From NCBI GenBank assembly GCA_964654465.1, contig CAZZIO010000065.1, positions 96,001-160,000 of the forward strand: 64,000 nt of DNA. Direction: 5' to 3'. Below, piece by piece: positions 49,129 through 59,129 of this stretch (its first letter is position 1; each line of letters begins with the position of its first letter). A program made the translations under genes and the position numbers. Under the pieces are notes generated by a model that was not told the DNA's origin, ran no database searches, and saw nothing but the letters and a program-made list of their open reading frames with translations. Source of the DNA: an uncultured Dictyoglomota bacterium (GTDB lineage Bacteria; Dictyoglomota; Dictyoglomia; Dictyoglomales; Dictyoglomaceae).

Positions 49129-50943
49129 TTACTCTAACTCTTCCGCAAATTGGCTCATATATAGATTGTAATAAAATCCTTTCTTTCTTATAAGTTGCTC
49201 ATGAGTACCTCTTTCAATTATCTCCCCATTATACACAACCAAGATCATATCAGCATTTCTAATAGTGGACAATCTATGGGCTATAACAAAACTTGTCCTC
49301 CCTTTCATTAAGTTTAACATTGCATTCTGAATATACTTCTCTGTCATTGTATCTACATTACTAGTTGCTTCATCCAAGATCAATATCTTAGGATTAGCAA
49401 GAATAGCTCTTGCAATAGCTATAAGCTGTCTTTGTCCTTGGCTTAGGCCTCCCCCATCTTCCGAGAGAATTGTATCATAACCTTGAGGTAATTTAATGAT
49501 AAAATCATGAGCATGGGCAAGTTTAGCTGCTTCTATAACCTCTTCATCAGTAGCATCCAATCTTCCATATCTGATATTCTCTTTTATAGATGTAGAAAAA
49601 AGAAGCGTATCTTGTAAAACAATTCCAAGATATGATCTTATATCCTTTCTTTTCATTCTTCTTATATCAATACCATCTATCAGAATTTGTCCTTCATCTA
49701 CATCATAAAATCTTGCTACTAAACTTGCAATTGTAGTTTTTCCAGCACCTGTAGGCCCCACAAGAGCTATCACTTTCCCTTCTTTAACATAAAAGCTTAC
49801 ATTTTTAATAACAGGATTACCTTTTACATAAGAAAACCAAACGTTTTTAAATTCAACTTCTCCTTTGATATCTTTTATCTCCATTATATTGGGATCTTCT
49901 TTTTCTTCCTCTTCTTCAAGAACCTCAAAAATTCTTTCTGCACTGGCTATGGCTGATTGAATCATATTATATTGATTTGCAAGTTCATTAATAGGTCTTG
50001 TAAATTGTCTTGAATAATTGATAAATATAGTAATATCTCCTATAGATATCATCCTTTTAAAAGCAAAATAACCTCCAAATCCTGCAATTATTGCAAAACT
50101 TAAATTATTAAGAAGATTCATAAGTGGTCCAATTGAACCAGAAAAAACCTGAGCCCTTATTCCTACTTGAGTTAGTTCTTCATTTAAAGCCTCAAACCTT
50201 TTAATTTCCTTTTCTTCTCTATTAAATATTTTTATTACTTTTAAACCAGAAATATCCTCTTCTATCAAACCATTAAGTTTTCCTAAAAGAGTTTGGTTAG
50301 CATAAAAATAATTACGAGTTCTATGGGATATGAAGTTTGTTAACCAAATAGTTAAAGGAATGGTAATCAAACTAACAATTGTCATAGGAATACTTATTCT
50401 TAGCATCATAAATATAATGCCAATTAAAGTCGTAATACTGGAAAAAAACTGTATCACACTATTAGAAAGAACCATGCTTATATTATCTATATCGTTAGTA
50501 ATTCTACTTATAATGTCCCCATAAGATCTTAAATCAAAAAACTTAATTGGTAGTCTATGAATTTTGCCAAAAAAATCCCTTCTCATTTCATAAACCAAAT
50601 TTTGAGTGGTTTTCAACATTACATAACCTTGAATCCATCCAAGAAAGGATAATAAAAGATAGATTCCACCGAGAACTAATAGAAAGCTAAGAAAACCATC
50701 AAATCTTTTAGGAATTATATAAGTATCAATACCCTTACCTATGAGATAAGGACCTACAATTCCCAATATGGAAGAAATAAATGTCAAAATAAAAACAAAA
50801 ATAAATCCCCACTTAAATTTTTTCATATATTTAAAGAGCTTTCTTAAAGTACCCCATGGATCTTTAATTTCTACTTTCTCAAAATTAAAATGTGGTCCTA
50901 ATCTTCCAGGCCCACCAAATGGTCTTTCGCCTTCTCTACGCAT
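49129..50943 (-). CDS. ABC exporter subunit (TM288-like)
   Basis: GPTGAGKT, LSQGQRQL, ILDEAT, IAHRLS. Confidence 0.92.
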   Translation of the reverse strand: MRREGERPFGGPGRLGPHFNFEKVEIKDPWGTLRKLFKYMKKFKWGFIFVFILTFISSILGIVGPYLIGKGIDTYIIPKRFDGFLSFLLVLGGIYLLLSFLGWIQGYVMLKTTQNLVYEMRRDFFGKIHRLPIKFFDLRSYGDIISRITNDIDNISMVLSNSVIQFFSSITTLIGIIFMMLRISIPMTIVSLITIPLTIWLTNFISHRTRNYFYANQTLLGKLNGLIEEDISGLKVIKIFNREEKEIKRFEALNEELTQVGIRAQVFSGSIGPLMNLLNNLSFAIIAGFGGYFAFKRMISIGDITIFINYSRQFTRPINELANQYNMIQSAIASAERIFEVLEEEEEKEDPNIMEIKDIKGEVEFKNVWFSYVKGNPVIKNVSFYVKEGKVIALVGPTGAGKTTIASLVARFYDVDEGQILIDGIDIRRMKRKDIRSYLGIVLQDTLLFSTSIKENIRYGRLDATDEEVIEAAKLAHAHDFIIKLPQGYDTILSEDGGGLSQGQRQLIAIARAILANPKILILDEATSNVDTMTEKYIQNAMLNLMKGRTSFVIAHRLSTIRNADMILVVYNGEIIERGTHEQLIRKKGFYYNLYMSQFAEELE

Positions 50944-52669
50944 ACCTCATTACCTCTTCATCTATCTGAGATTTATAAATTTCCCTATAAAAATTATTTT
51001 CTTTAAGTAATTCAGAATGAGAACCAAATCCTACTATTACTCCTTTATCAAGTACTATTATCTTATCTACATTCATCATAGTACTAATTCTCTGAGCCAC
51101 AATAAAAGTAGTACAGTTTCTTATTATCTCTCTCACTCCATGGATAATCTTTTGCTCTGTAACAAAATCAACAGCACTAGTGGCATCATCCAAAATCAGT
51201 ATTTTAGGCTTTCTTACTAAAGCCCTTGCAATTGCAATTCTCTGTTTCTGACCTCCAGATAATGTAACTCCTCTCTCTCCTATAACAGTGTCATAACCTT
51301 GAGGAAGTCTTATAATAAACTCATGGGCCTGGGCAATTTTTGCAGCATTAATTATTTCTTCCTCATTAGCATCCTCTCTTCCCCAACATATATTCTCCCT
51401 TATAGTACCTGAAAAAAGTATAGTTTCTTGTGGAACCATGGATATAGCATCTCTAAGTATCTTAATATCCATATCTCTAATATCTTTTCCATCAATTAAG
51501 ATTCTCCCTGAAGATATATCATAAAGTCTTGGGATAAGATTTACTAAAGTAGATTTACCAGAACCGGTTGTTCCAATTATCCCTATAACCTCACCCGGAT
51601 TTACCTCAAAATTAATATCTTTTAGTACATATTCCTCTTTATTAGAATAGCTAAAATAGACATGTTCAAATTTGATCTTGCCTTCACTTATAGGGTTCTT
51701 ATCTGCATTTTCTTTGCTTTGGATATCAATTTTCTCTTCCAAAACTTCTATAACCCTTGAAGCAGAAGCTGAAGCCCTTGATACAAACATTAAAATATTA
51801 CCTATCATCATTAATGAGAACATAATCTGCCCTATATAGTTAATATATGCCATTACTTCCCCCACCTTCATACTTCCACGATTAACCAAAAGACCCCCAA
51901 ACCAAAGTAATCCTAATATACTGAAATTCATAACTAACATGAAAAGAGGCATAGCAATTATTAACAACATAACAGCTTTAATAACTGCATTCATTAATAA
52001 AGAATTTGCATATCTAAATCTCTCTTTTTCATAATCTTCTCTTCTAAAAGCTCGCACCACCCTTATACCAACCAAATTTTCTCTTACCACGTTATTCATA
52101 TAATCTATTCTTTTCTGGATCTCACCAAAAAGAGGGAAACTTTTCTTCATAATAACTAAAAAGGTAAGGATTAATATGGGGATAGAAAACAAAAAAATGA
52201 CTGATAAACTTTTATTAAGGGAAAGAGCCATTATAATACCACCTATAAAAAGAAGAGGAGCTCTAACCATAATTCTTAAAGACATCATAACAAGAGTCTG
52301 AACTTGATTTACATCATTTGTTAATCTAGTTATCAAAGAAGAAGTATGAAATTTATCTATATTTTTAAAGGAAAATTTTTGTACTCTTTTGAATAATTCA
52401 TTCCTTAGATCTCTACCAAAGTATTGGCTGGCTAAAGAGGAAAAAACTGTACAACCCACTCCACCTATCATTCCAATAAAAGCAATACCAAGCATTATGA
52501 GTCCAGTATTTAGAATTAAAGAAAAATTATTTTTTAAAATACCATTATCTACAATGTGGGCAAGAAGAGTTGGTTGATAAAGATCACATATCACCTCTAT
52601 GAGCATAAAAATAGGGGCTAATATAGCAAAAAGAGTATAAGGCTTCAAATATTTTATAAGCTTCTTCAT
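50936..52669 (-). CDS. ABC exporter subunit (TM287-like)
   Basis: GTTGSGKS, LSGGQKQR, degenerate ILDDA, switch Q. Confidence 0.92.
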   Translation of the reverse strand: MKKLIKYLKPYTLFAILAPIFMLIEVICDLYQPTLLAHIVDNGILKNNFSLILNTGLIMLGIAFIGMIGGVGCTVFSSLASQYFGRDLRNELFKRVQKFSFKNIDKFHTSSLITRLTNDVNQVQTLVMMSLRIMVRAPLLFIGGIIMALSLNKSLSVIFLFSIPILILTFLVIMKKSFPLFGEIQKRIDYMNNVVRENLVGIRVVRAFRREDYEKERFRYANSLLMNAVIKAVMLLIIAMPLFMLVMNFSILGLLWFGGLLVNRGSMKVGEVMAYINYIGQIMFSLMMIGNILMFVSRASASASRVIEVLEEKIDIQSKENADKNPISEGKIKFEHVYFSYSNKEEYVLKDINFEVNPGEVIGIIGTTGSGKSTLVNLIPRLYDISSGRILIDGKDIRDMDIKILRDAISMVPQETILFSGTIRENICWGREDANEEEIINAAKIAQAHEFIIRLPQGYDTVIGERGVTLSGGQKQRIAIARALVRKPKILILDDATSAVDFVTEQKIIHGVREIIRNCTTFIVAQRISTMMNVDKIIVLDKGVIVGFGSHSELLKENNFYREIYKSQIDEEVMRYA

Positions 52670-52685
52670 TTACCAAATCCTCCTA

Positions 52686-53123
52686 TTATTCGTTTAACCT
52701 TCTTAGATTATCTATTACTCTCCTTAAAAAATTCATTAATTGATCCTTTTCCTCATCAGAAAAACCATTAAAACATTCCTCTTCCAATTGTCTATATATC
52801 TCTCTTAATCTACAAATAAATTTTTTTCCATCCTCAGTTAAATACACTTTCGTATATCTCTTATCTTTTTCATCCCTTTTACTTGAGACAAGACCTCTTT
52901 TTTTCATCCTTCTAAGAATTAGAGTGACGGTAGATGGCTTTATCTTTAATTCTTCTGCTATCTCCTTCTGAGTTAGGCCATTTTTTTCAGCCAAAAGAAG
53001 AAGAACAGGAGCTTGCCCCCTATAAACCTTTAGATCAGAAAGTAGCTTTTCTCTTCTCCTAAAATGCTCCTTTATTACACCTTTAAATAACCCATATAAA
53101 GACTCTTCTTTTCCATAAAACAT
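52686..53123 (-). CDS. MarR-family regulator
   Basis: GLTQKEIAEEL, GLV, DEKDKR, LTEDG. Confidence 0.92.
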   Translation of the reverse strand: MFYGKEESLYGLFKGVIKEHFRRREKLLSDLKVYRGQAPVLLLLAEKNGLTQKEIAEELKIKPSTVTLILRRMKKRGLVSSKRDEKDKRYTKVYLTEDGKKFICRLREIYRQLEEECFNGFSDEEKDQLMNFLRRVIDNLRRLNE

Positions 53124-53138
53124 ATATCCACTCCAATA

Positions 53139-53158
53139 ATTAGCTAACTAATAGTATA
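53139..53158 (-). promoter_or_regulatory. MarR operator candidate next to the -10 box
   Basis: Palindrome ATTAG-CTAA-CTAAT (53139-53152) directly downstream of a minus-strand TATACT (53158-53153). Confidence 0.6.
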
Positions 53159-53216
53159 TCAATTAAGTATATCCAATGTATATTTATTTTGAAAACTAAA
53201 AAACATAGATTTTTTA

Positions 53217-54209
53217 TCATAAGCTAATTTCCTTACAACTATTCCTTACAACAAGCTCCGTAGCTATAATGACTTTTTTTGAATTTTTTCTATTTTTTTC
53301 TATCCTTTCTAACAATAAATTGATGGCTGTCTCAACTAAATCTTCAATAGGAATACTTATTGTAGTAAGAGGAGGATTCAAAAATTTAGATATAGATATA
53401 TTGTTAAAACCAACAATACTTATATCTTCAGGTATCTTTAATGAAGCTTCAAATAAAGCCCTATAAACACCTATAGCCATCGAATCATTTGCCACAAAAA
53501 TTGCTGTTGGATTTATATTATGTGCTAAAAGCTCCTTAGCAGCTTTATACCCTCCGTTAGGTGTATAATCTCCACGTTTTATATAATTCTCATTTATAGA
53601 TAATCCCTTTTCCTTCACATATTTTCTAAAATAATATTCTCTTTTATCCATTATATCGCCACCTATAAAACCTATCTCCCTATGGCCTAAAGAAAACAAA
53701 TAATCAATAGCATCTTTCACAGCTTGTTTCATATTTATAATTACGCAGTCTATTACTGGATTCTCAACATAAGCATCTAAAACTACAATATTAGAAGATT
53801 TGGTTAAAAGATTACTTAACTCTTCATTGTTAAGTACACCAATAATAGCTATTCCATTTATATCTTTTAAATCAATATTAAACATATCGTCTTTATGAAT
53901 AGTTACAGTATCTATATTCATATATTTAGCAAGTTTTTCTAATATTACTCTTAGAGATAAATAATATAAATCTTGCATTTCTAAATCTTCAGAAATAGTC
54001 CTTATTATCAATAATCTACTTGTCCTTTTTCTTTTTTTAGGTTTTACTTCATAATTTAACTCTTCAGCCACTTCAAATATTTTTCTTTTTAATTCACTTG
54101 AGACGTTAAAAGTTTCATCATAATTTAATACACGAGAAACAGTAGTAATTGAAACTCCTAACCTATTCGCTATATCTTTAATTGTTACGTTGTTTTTACT
54201 TCTTTTCAT
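53217..54209 (-). CDS. LacI-family regulator, EbgR/GalR-like
   Basis: TIKDIANRLGVSITTVSRVLNYDETFNVS...IFEVAEELNY; EDLEMQDLYYLSLR resembles the EbgR-type ExxDPYYLxIR. Confidence 0.88.
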   Translation of the reverse strand: MKRSKNNVTIKDIANRLGVSITTVSRVLNYDETFNVSSELKRKIFEVAEELNYEVKPKKRKRTSRLLIIRTISEDLEMQDLYYLSLRVILEKLAKYMNIDTVTIHKDDMFNIDLKDINGIAIIGVLNNEELSNLLTKSSNIVVLDAYVENPVIDCVIINMKQAVKDAIDYLFSLGHREIGFIGGDIMDKREYYFRKYVKEKGLSINENYIKRGDYTPNGGYKAAKELLAHNINPTAIFVANDSMAIGVYRALFEASLKIPEDISIVGFNNISISKFLNPPLTTISIPIEDLVETAINLLLERIEKNRKNSKKVIIATELVVRNSCKEISL

Positions 54210-54304
54210 ATTAACTCTTTCCCCTTACCGACTTCCTATTAATGATATTACTAAATTCTTACTTTTTTCTCAACATAACCTAAAATCCGACTTATTCCAA
54301 AATA

Positions 54305-54348
54305 ATTTTACTAAAAATATTGACATTTTACTAAAATTATTTTAAACT
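54305..54348 (+). promoter_or_regulatory. Promoter with tandem TTTTACTAAAA operators
   Basis: TTGACA (54320)-17 bp-TAAACT; ATTTTACTAAAA at 54305 and 54325 flank the -35; weaker copy near 54246. Confidence 0.75.
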
Positions 54349-54382
54349 ATTCTTAACATTACCTATAAAGGAGGTATATAAA

Positions 54383-55639
54383 ATGGCCTCTAAAGAAAAA
54401 AGATCATTACCCAAAACCTTATTTTCCCTTCTTATTTTTCTTTTATTCATTACTATTTCATCACCCCAAAAAATAACCACAATAAGATTTGCAACATGGG
54501 ATACTGGAGAGCTTTTTCAAATTGAACAAGCTATAGCCAAAAATTTTGAAAAACTATATCCTAATATTAAGGTACAAGTAGAAAGTTATGGCGATAATTT
54601 TGATCAAAAACTTGCAGCATCCTTTGGGGCCAAAAACCCACCAGATGTTATGTATATGTGGGATTTCCCAACTTATGCTGAATCTCTTTTACCGTTAGAT
54701 GATTTAATTAAAAATGAAAAAAACATAAATCTGAACGATTACTATCCTGCAGTTCTCAACTATTGTAAATATGAAAATAAATATTATGGTCTACCTGTAG
54801 GATTCACAAGCCACGTAGTTTACTGGAATAAAGATTTATTCAAAAGAAATAATGTCCAACCCCCTTCTCCCAATTGGACCTGGGATGAATTAATAGATAA
54901 AGCTAAAAAAATAACCAATCCTTCGCAAAAAATCTACGGTTTTGCCTTTCCTATTAGTCCAGATCCTTATGATTTTGAACAATTCTTATGGAGTAATGGA
55001 GGAAGATATTGTAGTTTAGATGGAAAAGAAATAGAAGGATATTTAAACAGCAAAGAAATGATAGAAACTTTAGCCCTATTTACTAAGATGTTAAGAGAAG
55101 GTATTGCTGTTCTAACTGGCACCCAACAAATACAATCTGGAGGCGATTTATTCAAGGCAGGAAAAGTTGGTATGTTAGAAAGTGGCATATGGCGTCTACC
55201 CGAATTTCAAGAAGCAAAATTAAACTTTGGAGTTCATATTCTCCCAGCCTTTAAAGGGAAAAAAGTAAAAAGTATATTAAATGTTTCTGCTATATCAATA
55301 GCAAAAGATTCTAAAAATATAAAAGAAGCATGGGAATTTGTCAAATATTACAGTTACAACAAAGATGCAATAAAAATGAGAAAAGGAGATTTACCCACAA
55401 GAAAAAGTGTCGCATCTGAAATGGGATTCTTAAAAGATCCATACTATCAACCATTCTATAAAATGGTTGAAGCCTCTAAAGACACTGTACCTTCATTTAA
55501 TCTCAATAGAAATATGAGAAAAGTATATGACGAATTAGCAGTAACAATAGAAAAGATATTCAGTGAACAAGCTGATGAAAATAAAATTAAAGAATATTTA
55601 AATGAACTTGTTACTACATGTAAAAGATTTCTTAAGTAG
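54383..55639 (+). CDS. Carbohydrate ABC solute-binding protein (family 1)
   Basis: Signal peptide; FEKLYPNIKVQVE, PPDV, YGLP, YWNKDLF, WTWDE. Confidence 0.9.
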   Translation: MASKEKRSLPKTLFSLLIFLLFITISSPQKITTIRFATWDTGELFQIEQAIAKNFEKLYPNIKVQVESYGDNFDQKLAASFGAKNPPDVMYMWDFPTYAESLLPLDDLIKNEKNINLNDYYPAVLNYCKYENKYYGLPVGFTSHVVYWNKDLFKRNNVQPPSPNWTWDELIDKAKKITNPSQKIYGFAFPISPDPYDFEQFLWSNGGRYCSLDGKEIEGYLNSKEMIETLALFTKMLREGIAVLTGTQQIQSGGDLFKAGKVGMLESGIWRLPEFQEAKLNFGVHILPAFKGKKVKSILNVSAISIAKDSKNIKEAWEFVKYYSYNKDAIKMRKGDLPTRKSVASEMGFLKDPYYQPFYKMVEASKDTVPSFNLNRNMRKVYDELAVTIEKIFSEQADENKIKEYLNELVTTCKRFLK

Positions 55640-55658
55640 CTAAAGATAATATTAAGAA

Positions 55659-55693
55659 ATATGGGAGGAGATTTTGAAAGTCTCCTCCCATAT
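55659..55693 (+). terminator. Strong hairpin after the SBP gene
   Basis: ATATGGGAGGAGA...TCTCCTCCCATAT; no U-tract. Confidence 0.7.
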
Positions 55694-55722
55694 CTCAGAT
55701 AAAATGGAGGAAAAACAAAACC

Positions 55723-56595
55723 ATGAAATACAATAAATATATTCCATATCTTTTTATCCTTCCCTGGATAATAGGATTACTATCATTCACTTTAGGGCCA
55801 TTAATTTTCTCATGTATAATGAGCTTCTATGATTGGCCTATAGTAGGGAAAACCAATTTCATAGGTCTTAAAAATTATATAGACATGTTTCAAGATCCAC
55901 TATTTTACAATGCTCTTAAAGCAACATTTAGATATGTCTTACTTTATGTTCCTTTGAATACCATCTTTGCATTATTTTGTGCAATACTAATTAACCCAAA
56001 ATTTAGACTTACATCTATGTTTAAAGTATTGTTTTTTCTTCCAACTATAGTTTCAGGAGTAGCTATAGCTATAGTATGGTCATGGATCTATGATAAAGAA
56101 TATGGAATTTTAAATTATTTTCTATCCTTATTGGGAATAAGTGGAATAAATTGGCTTGGGGATAGAAAATGGAGTATTGTTTCTTTGGTTATAGCCAGTT
56201 TATGGACTATGGGTAATACAATGCTTATATTTCTCGCTGCTCTTAAAAATGTTCCAATAGAATTATACGAAGCAGCTTATATAGATGGAGCAACTAACTG
56301 GCAAAGATTTTTGAAAATCACTTTACCAATGATATCTCCTTCCATCCTTTTTAATTTAATAACGACCCTAATAAGCGCATTTCAAGTTCTAACATTAGCC
56401 CTATTGTTGACAGGTGGAGGTCCAGCAAGAAGCTCCTACGTATTTGCTATGTATGTATACCACAATGCTTTTAGATACTCTCAATTAGGATACGCTGCTG
56501 CTAACGCTTGGTTTATGTTTATTATAATCTTTATTCTAACTATGATTTTATTTAAAACATCAAATTTATGGGTTTATTATGAGGCAGAATCATAA
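55723..56595 (+). CDS. Carbohydrate ABC permease (MalF-like)
   Basis: LYEAAYIDGA EAA motif; TGGGP. Confidence 0.93.
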   Translation: MKYNKYIPYLFILPWIIGLLSFTLGPLIFSCIMSFYDWPIVGKTNFIGLKNYIDMFQDPLFYNALKATFRYVLLYVPLNTIFALFCAILINPKFRLTSMFKVLFFLPTIVSGVAIAIVWSWIYDKEYGILNYFLSLLGISGINWLGDRKWSIVSLVIASLWTMGNTMLIFLAALKNVPIELYEAAYIDGATNWQRFLKITLPMISPSILFNLITTLISAFQVLTLALLLTGGGPARSSYVFAMYVYHNAFRYSQLGYAAANAWFMFIIIFILTMILFKTSNLWVYYEAES

Positions 56596-56617
56596 ATAAA
56601 ATAAAGGAGGTATTATT

Positions 56618-57442
56618 TTGAAAAGGTTGTTAGTTAGTTTAGGTTATTATATATTGATGATATTTCTATCAATATATTTTGTATTTCCTATAATTTGGAT
56701 GATCATAAGCTCAGTAAAACCCTCAACTGAACTTTTTACTTATCCTCCTAAATTTATACCATCCTCATGGCATTTAGAAAATTTTAAAGAGGCCTGGAAT
56801 GCACAACCATTTAATTTATATCTCAAAAACTCTTTACTCATTGTTATTTTCAATACTTTAGGTCAAATATTTTCATGCACACTCGTTGCCTATGGCTTTG
56901 CAAGATACAAATTTAAAGGAAGAGAACTTCTATTTACAATTCTATTGGCATCTATGATGATACCCTGGGATGTCACAATGATTCCTCAATATGTACTTTT
57001 CAAAGCCTTAAAATGGATAGACACTCTTAAACCCTTTATCATACCAGCATGGTTTGGAGGACCTTTCTATATTTTTCTTTTGAGACAATTTCTATTGACC
57101 ATACCAAAAGAATTAGAAGAAGCTGCTGCCATAGATGGTGCAAATCCATTACAAACATTTACAAAAATTTTCTTACCACTTATGAAGCCCGCTATAGCTA
57201 TATTAGCCATTTTTAATTTTGTAACTTGTTGGAATGACTTTTTAGGACCTTTAATATTTATAAATAATCCTCAAAAATACACTCTTATGTTAGGTGTAGC
57301 TCAGTTTAGAGGATTACATCACATTGAAATAAACAAAATCATGGCAATAACAACCATTGTATCATTACCACCATTGCTATGTTATATTTTGGCACAAAAA
57401 TACTTTACTGAGGGAATTGCAAGTGTAGGAATAAAGAGGTGA
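56618..57442 (+). CDS. Carbohydrate ABC permease (MalG-like)
   Basis: ELEEAAAIDGA; WNDFLGPL. Confidence 0.93.
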   Translation: MKRLLVSLGYYILMIFLSIYFVFPIIWMIISSVKPSTELFTYPPKFIPSSWHLENFKEAWNAQPFNLYLKNSLLIVIFNTLGQIFSCTLVAYGFARYKFKGRELLFTILLASMMIPWDVTMIPQYVLFKALKWIDTLKPFIIPAWFGGPFYIFLLRQFLLTIPKELEEAAAIDGANPLQTFTKIFLPLMKPAIAILAIFNFVTCWNDFLGPLIFINNPQKYTLMLGVAQFRGLHHIEINKIMAITTIVSLPPLLCYILAQKYFTEGIASVGIKR

Positions 57443-57446
57443 TTTA

Positions 57447-59129
57447 ATGATAAAAAGCAAATATGAATTAAGTAAGATACCATTTACAAGAAGAGGATCT
57501 TATATAAGAATTTTACTTGATAAAGATGACAATATTTTAATCGGACATCTAACAGGTGGGGATGATGTTGAAAAAGAGATTATAAAAATCATTGTTAATG
57601 AAAAGATAAAAGATATTTCTATGTTACCGTATTTACTAAAGATAGAATACAAAGTTGGAGAATTATATATCTCTTTTAGTAATCCCAACATCTTAAAGAT
57701 AAAAACTTACAAACTTCCTATTAAATTGGAATTTTTAACAAAAAGCTACGACTATGTAATTGAAAGAAACAATTCTTTAATAGAGTTTAATTGTTCTCAT
57801 AGGAACAATTTATTTCTGTTTATAAAAATTGAAGAGGGAGAATACAAACTAATAAATAAATGGAATGGATTAAGAACAGAATATTCCATCCTCTCTATTA
57901 CACCTATCAGAGAAAGTTGTGAATTAGCTGTTTTAGATTTTAAATGTGAAAATCCCCAATATACTATACCTTCCTTCGATGAGTCTGTAAACAAAACAAG
58001 AAAAGAATTTGAAGACTTTTCTTCGAAATTTAAGATAAGTAATAACAATTTTCAAATAACCTTAGCAAAATATATTCTTTGGGCAAATACAGTATCACCC
58101 AGAGGATTAATAAAATACGAAGGATATTTCTCTTCAAAAAATAAAATGACAAATATATGGAGTTGGGATGTATTGTTTACAATAATTCCAATTATAGAAA
58201 AATTTCCAGATTTAAGTTTTGATAATCTAAGAATTTTCTTCTCTATTCAGGGAGAAGATGGATTAATACCAGATTTTATAAACGACATATACTTTCATGA
58301 AAACTTCTGTAAACCCCCCATTATTGGATATATTTTTAAATACTTCCTAAAAAATAATCTTATAGCTTATGAAGATTTAAAAGAATTCTATGAACCTCTT
58401 AAGAGTTGGGGATTTTGGTGGTTAAATCACAGAGATGATGATAAAGACTTTCTTATTCAATATAATCATGGGAATGAAAGTGGTTGGGATAATTCAACAG
58501 TTTTCAAAAAAACTATACCTGTTGAATCTCCTGATTTAAATTCATATCTTATTATTCTATTTGATCTTCTATCTGATATGGCTCAAAAATTAAAAAGATA
58601 TAATGATTACGTAAATTTTAAAGAAATTTCAGAAAAGTTATTTGACAAATTAATAAAATTATGGAATCAAAATGAATTTATTGTTTTTGATCAGAAACAC
58701 AATATTGTAAACTGCAATAGCTTACAAAAATATATTCCTCTAATACTCACTAATAAACTTCCACTTAACATTATTGAAAAAATAATCATTAATATCCAGA
58801 AAAGATTTATTACCCAACATGGTCTTACCACAGAAGCAATAGATAGTCCAGATTTTGACCCAAAAGGATACTGGAGAGGCCCTATTTGGGGTCCCACCAC
58901 ATTTCTACTTACTTCTTCATTAGAAGATTTAAGCTTTAAAGAATTTTCTACAGATATTAAAACTAAATTTATAAAATTAGTTTTAAATAGCTATTTTAAT
59001 GAAAATTTTGATCCAATAACAGGAGAAGGATTATGTGACACTGGATTTAGCTGGACTAGTAGTATATTTTTAAAATTCTTAGAAGAAATAGAAAAGGAGG
59101 GAATCTATGAAACTCTGGGAAAACTATAA
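57447..59129 (+). CDS. GH63-like (MGH1-like) (alpha/alpha)6 glycoside hydrolase
   Basis: WSWD, KPP, HGNESGWDNS, YWRGPIW, ENFDPITGEG, FSWTS. Confidence 0.82.
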   Translation: MIKSKYELSKIPFTRRGSYIRILLDKDDNILIGHLTGGDDVEKEIIKIIVNEKIKDISMLPYLLKIEYKVGELYISFSNPNILKIKTYKLPIKLEFLTKSYDYVIERNNSLIEFNCSHRNNLFLFIKIEEGEYKLINKWNGLRTEYSILSITPIRESCELAVLDFKCENPQYTIPSFDESVNKTRKEFEDFSSKFKISNNNFQITLAKYILWANTVSPRGLIKYEGYFSSKNKMTNIWSWDVLFTIIPIIEKFPDLSFDNLRIFFSIQGEDGLIPDFINDIYFHENFCKPPIIGYIFKYFLKNNLIAYEDLKEFYEPLKSWGFWWLNHRDDDKDFLIQYNHGNESGWDNSTVFKKTIPVESPDLNSYLIILFDLLSDMAQKLKRYNDYVNFKEISEKLFDKLIKLWNQNEFIVFDQKHNIVNCNSLQKYIPLILTNKLPLNIIEKIIINIQKRFITQHGLTTEAIDSPDFDPKGYWRGPIWGPTTFLLTSSLEDLSFKEFSTDIKTKFIKLVLNSYFNENFDPITGEGLCDTGFSWTSSIFLKFLEEIEKEGIYETLGKL

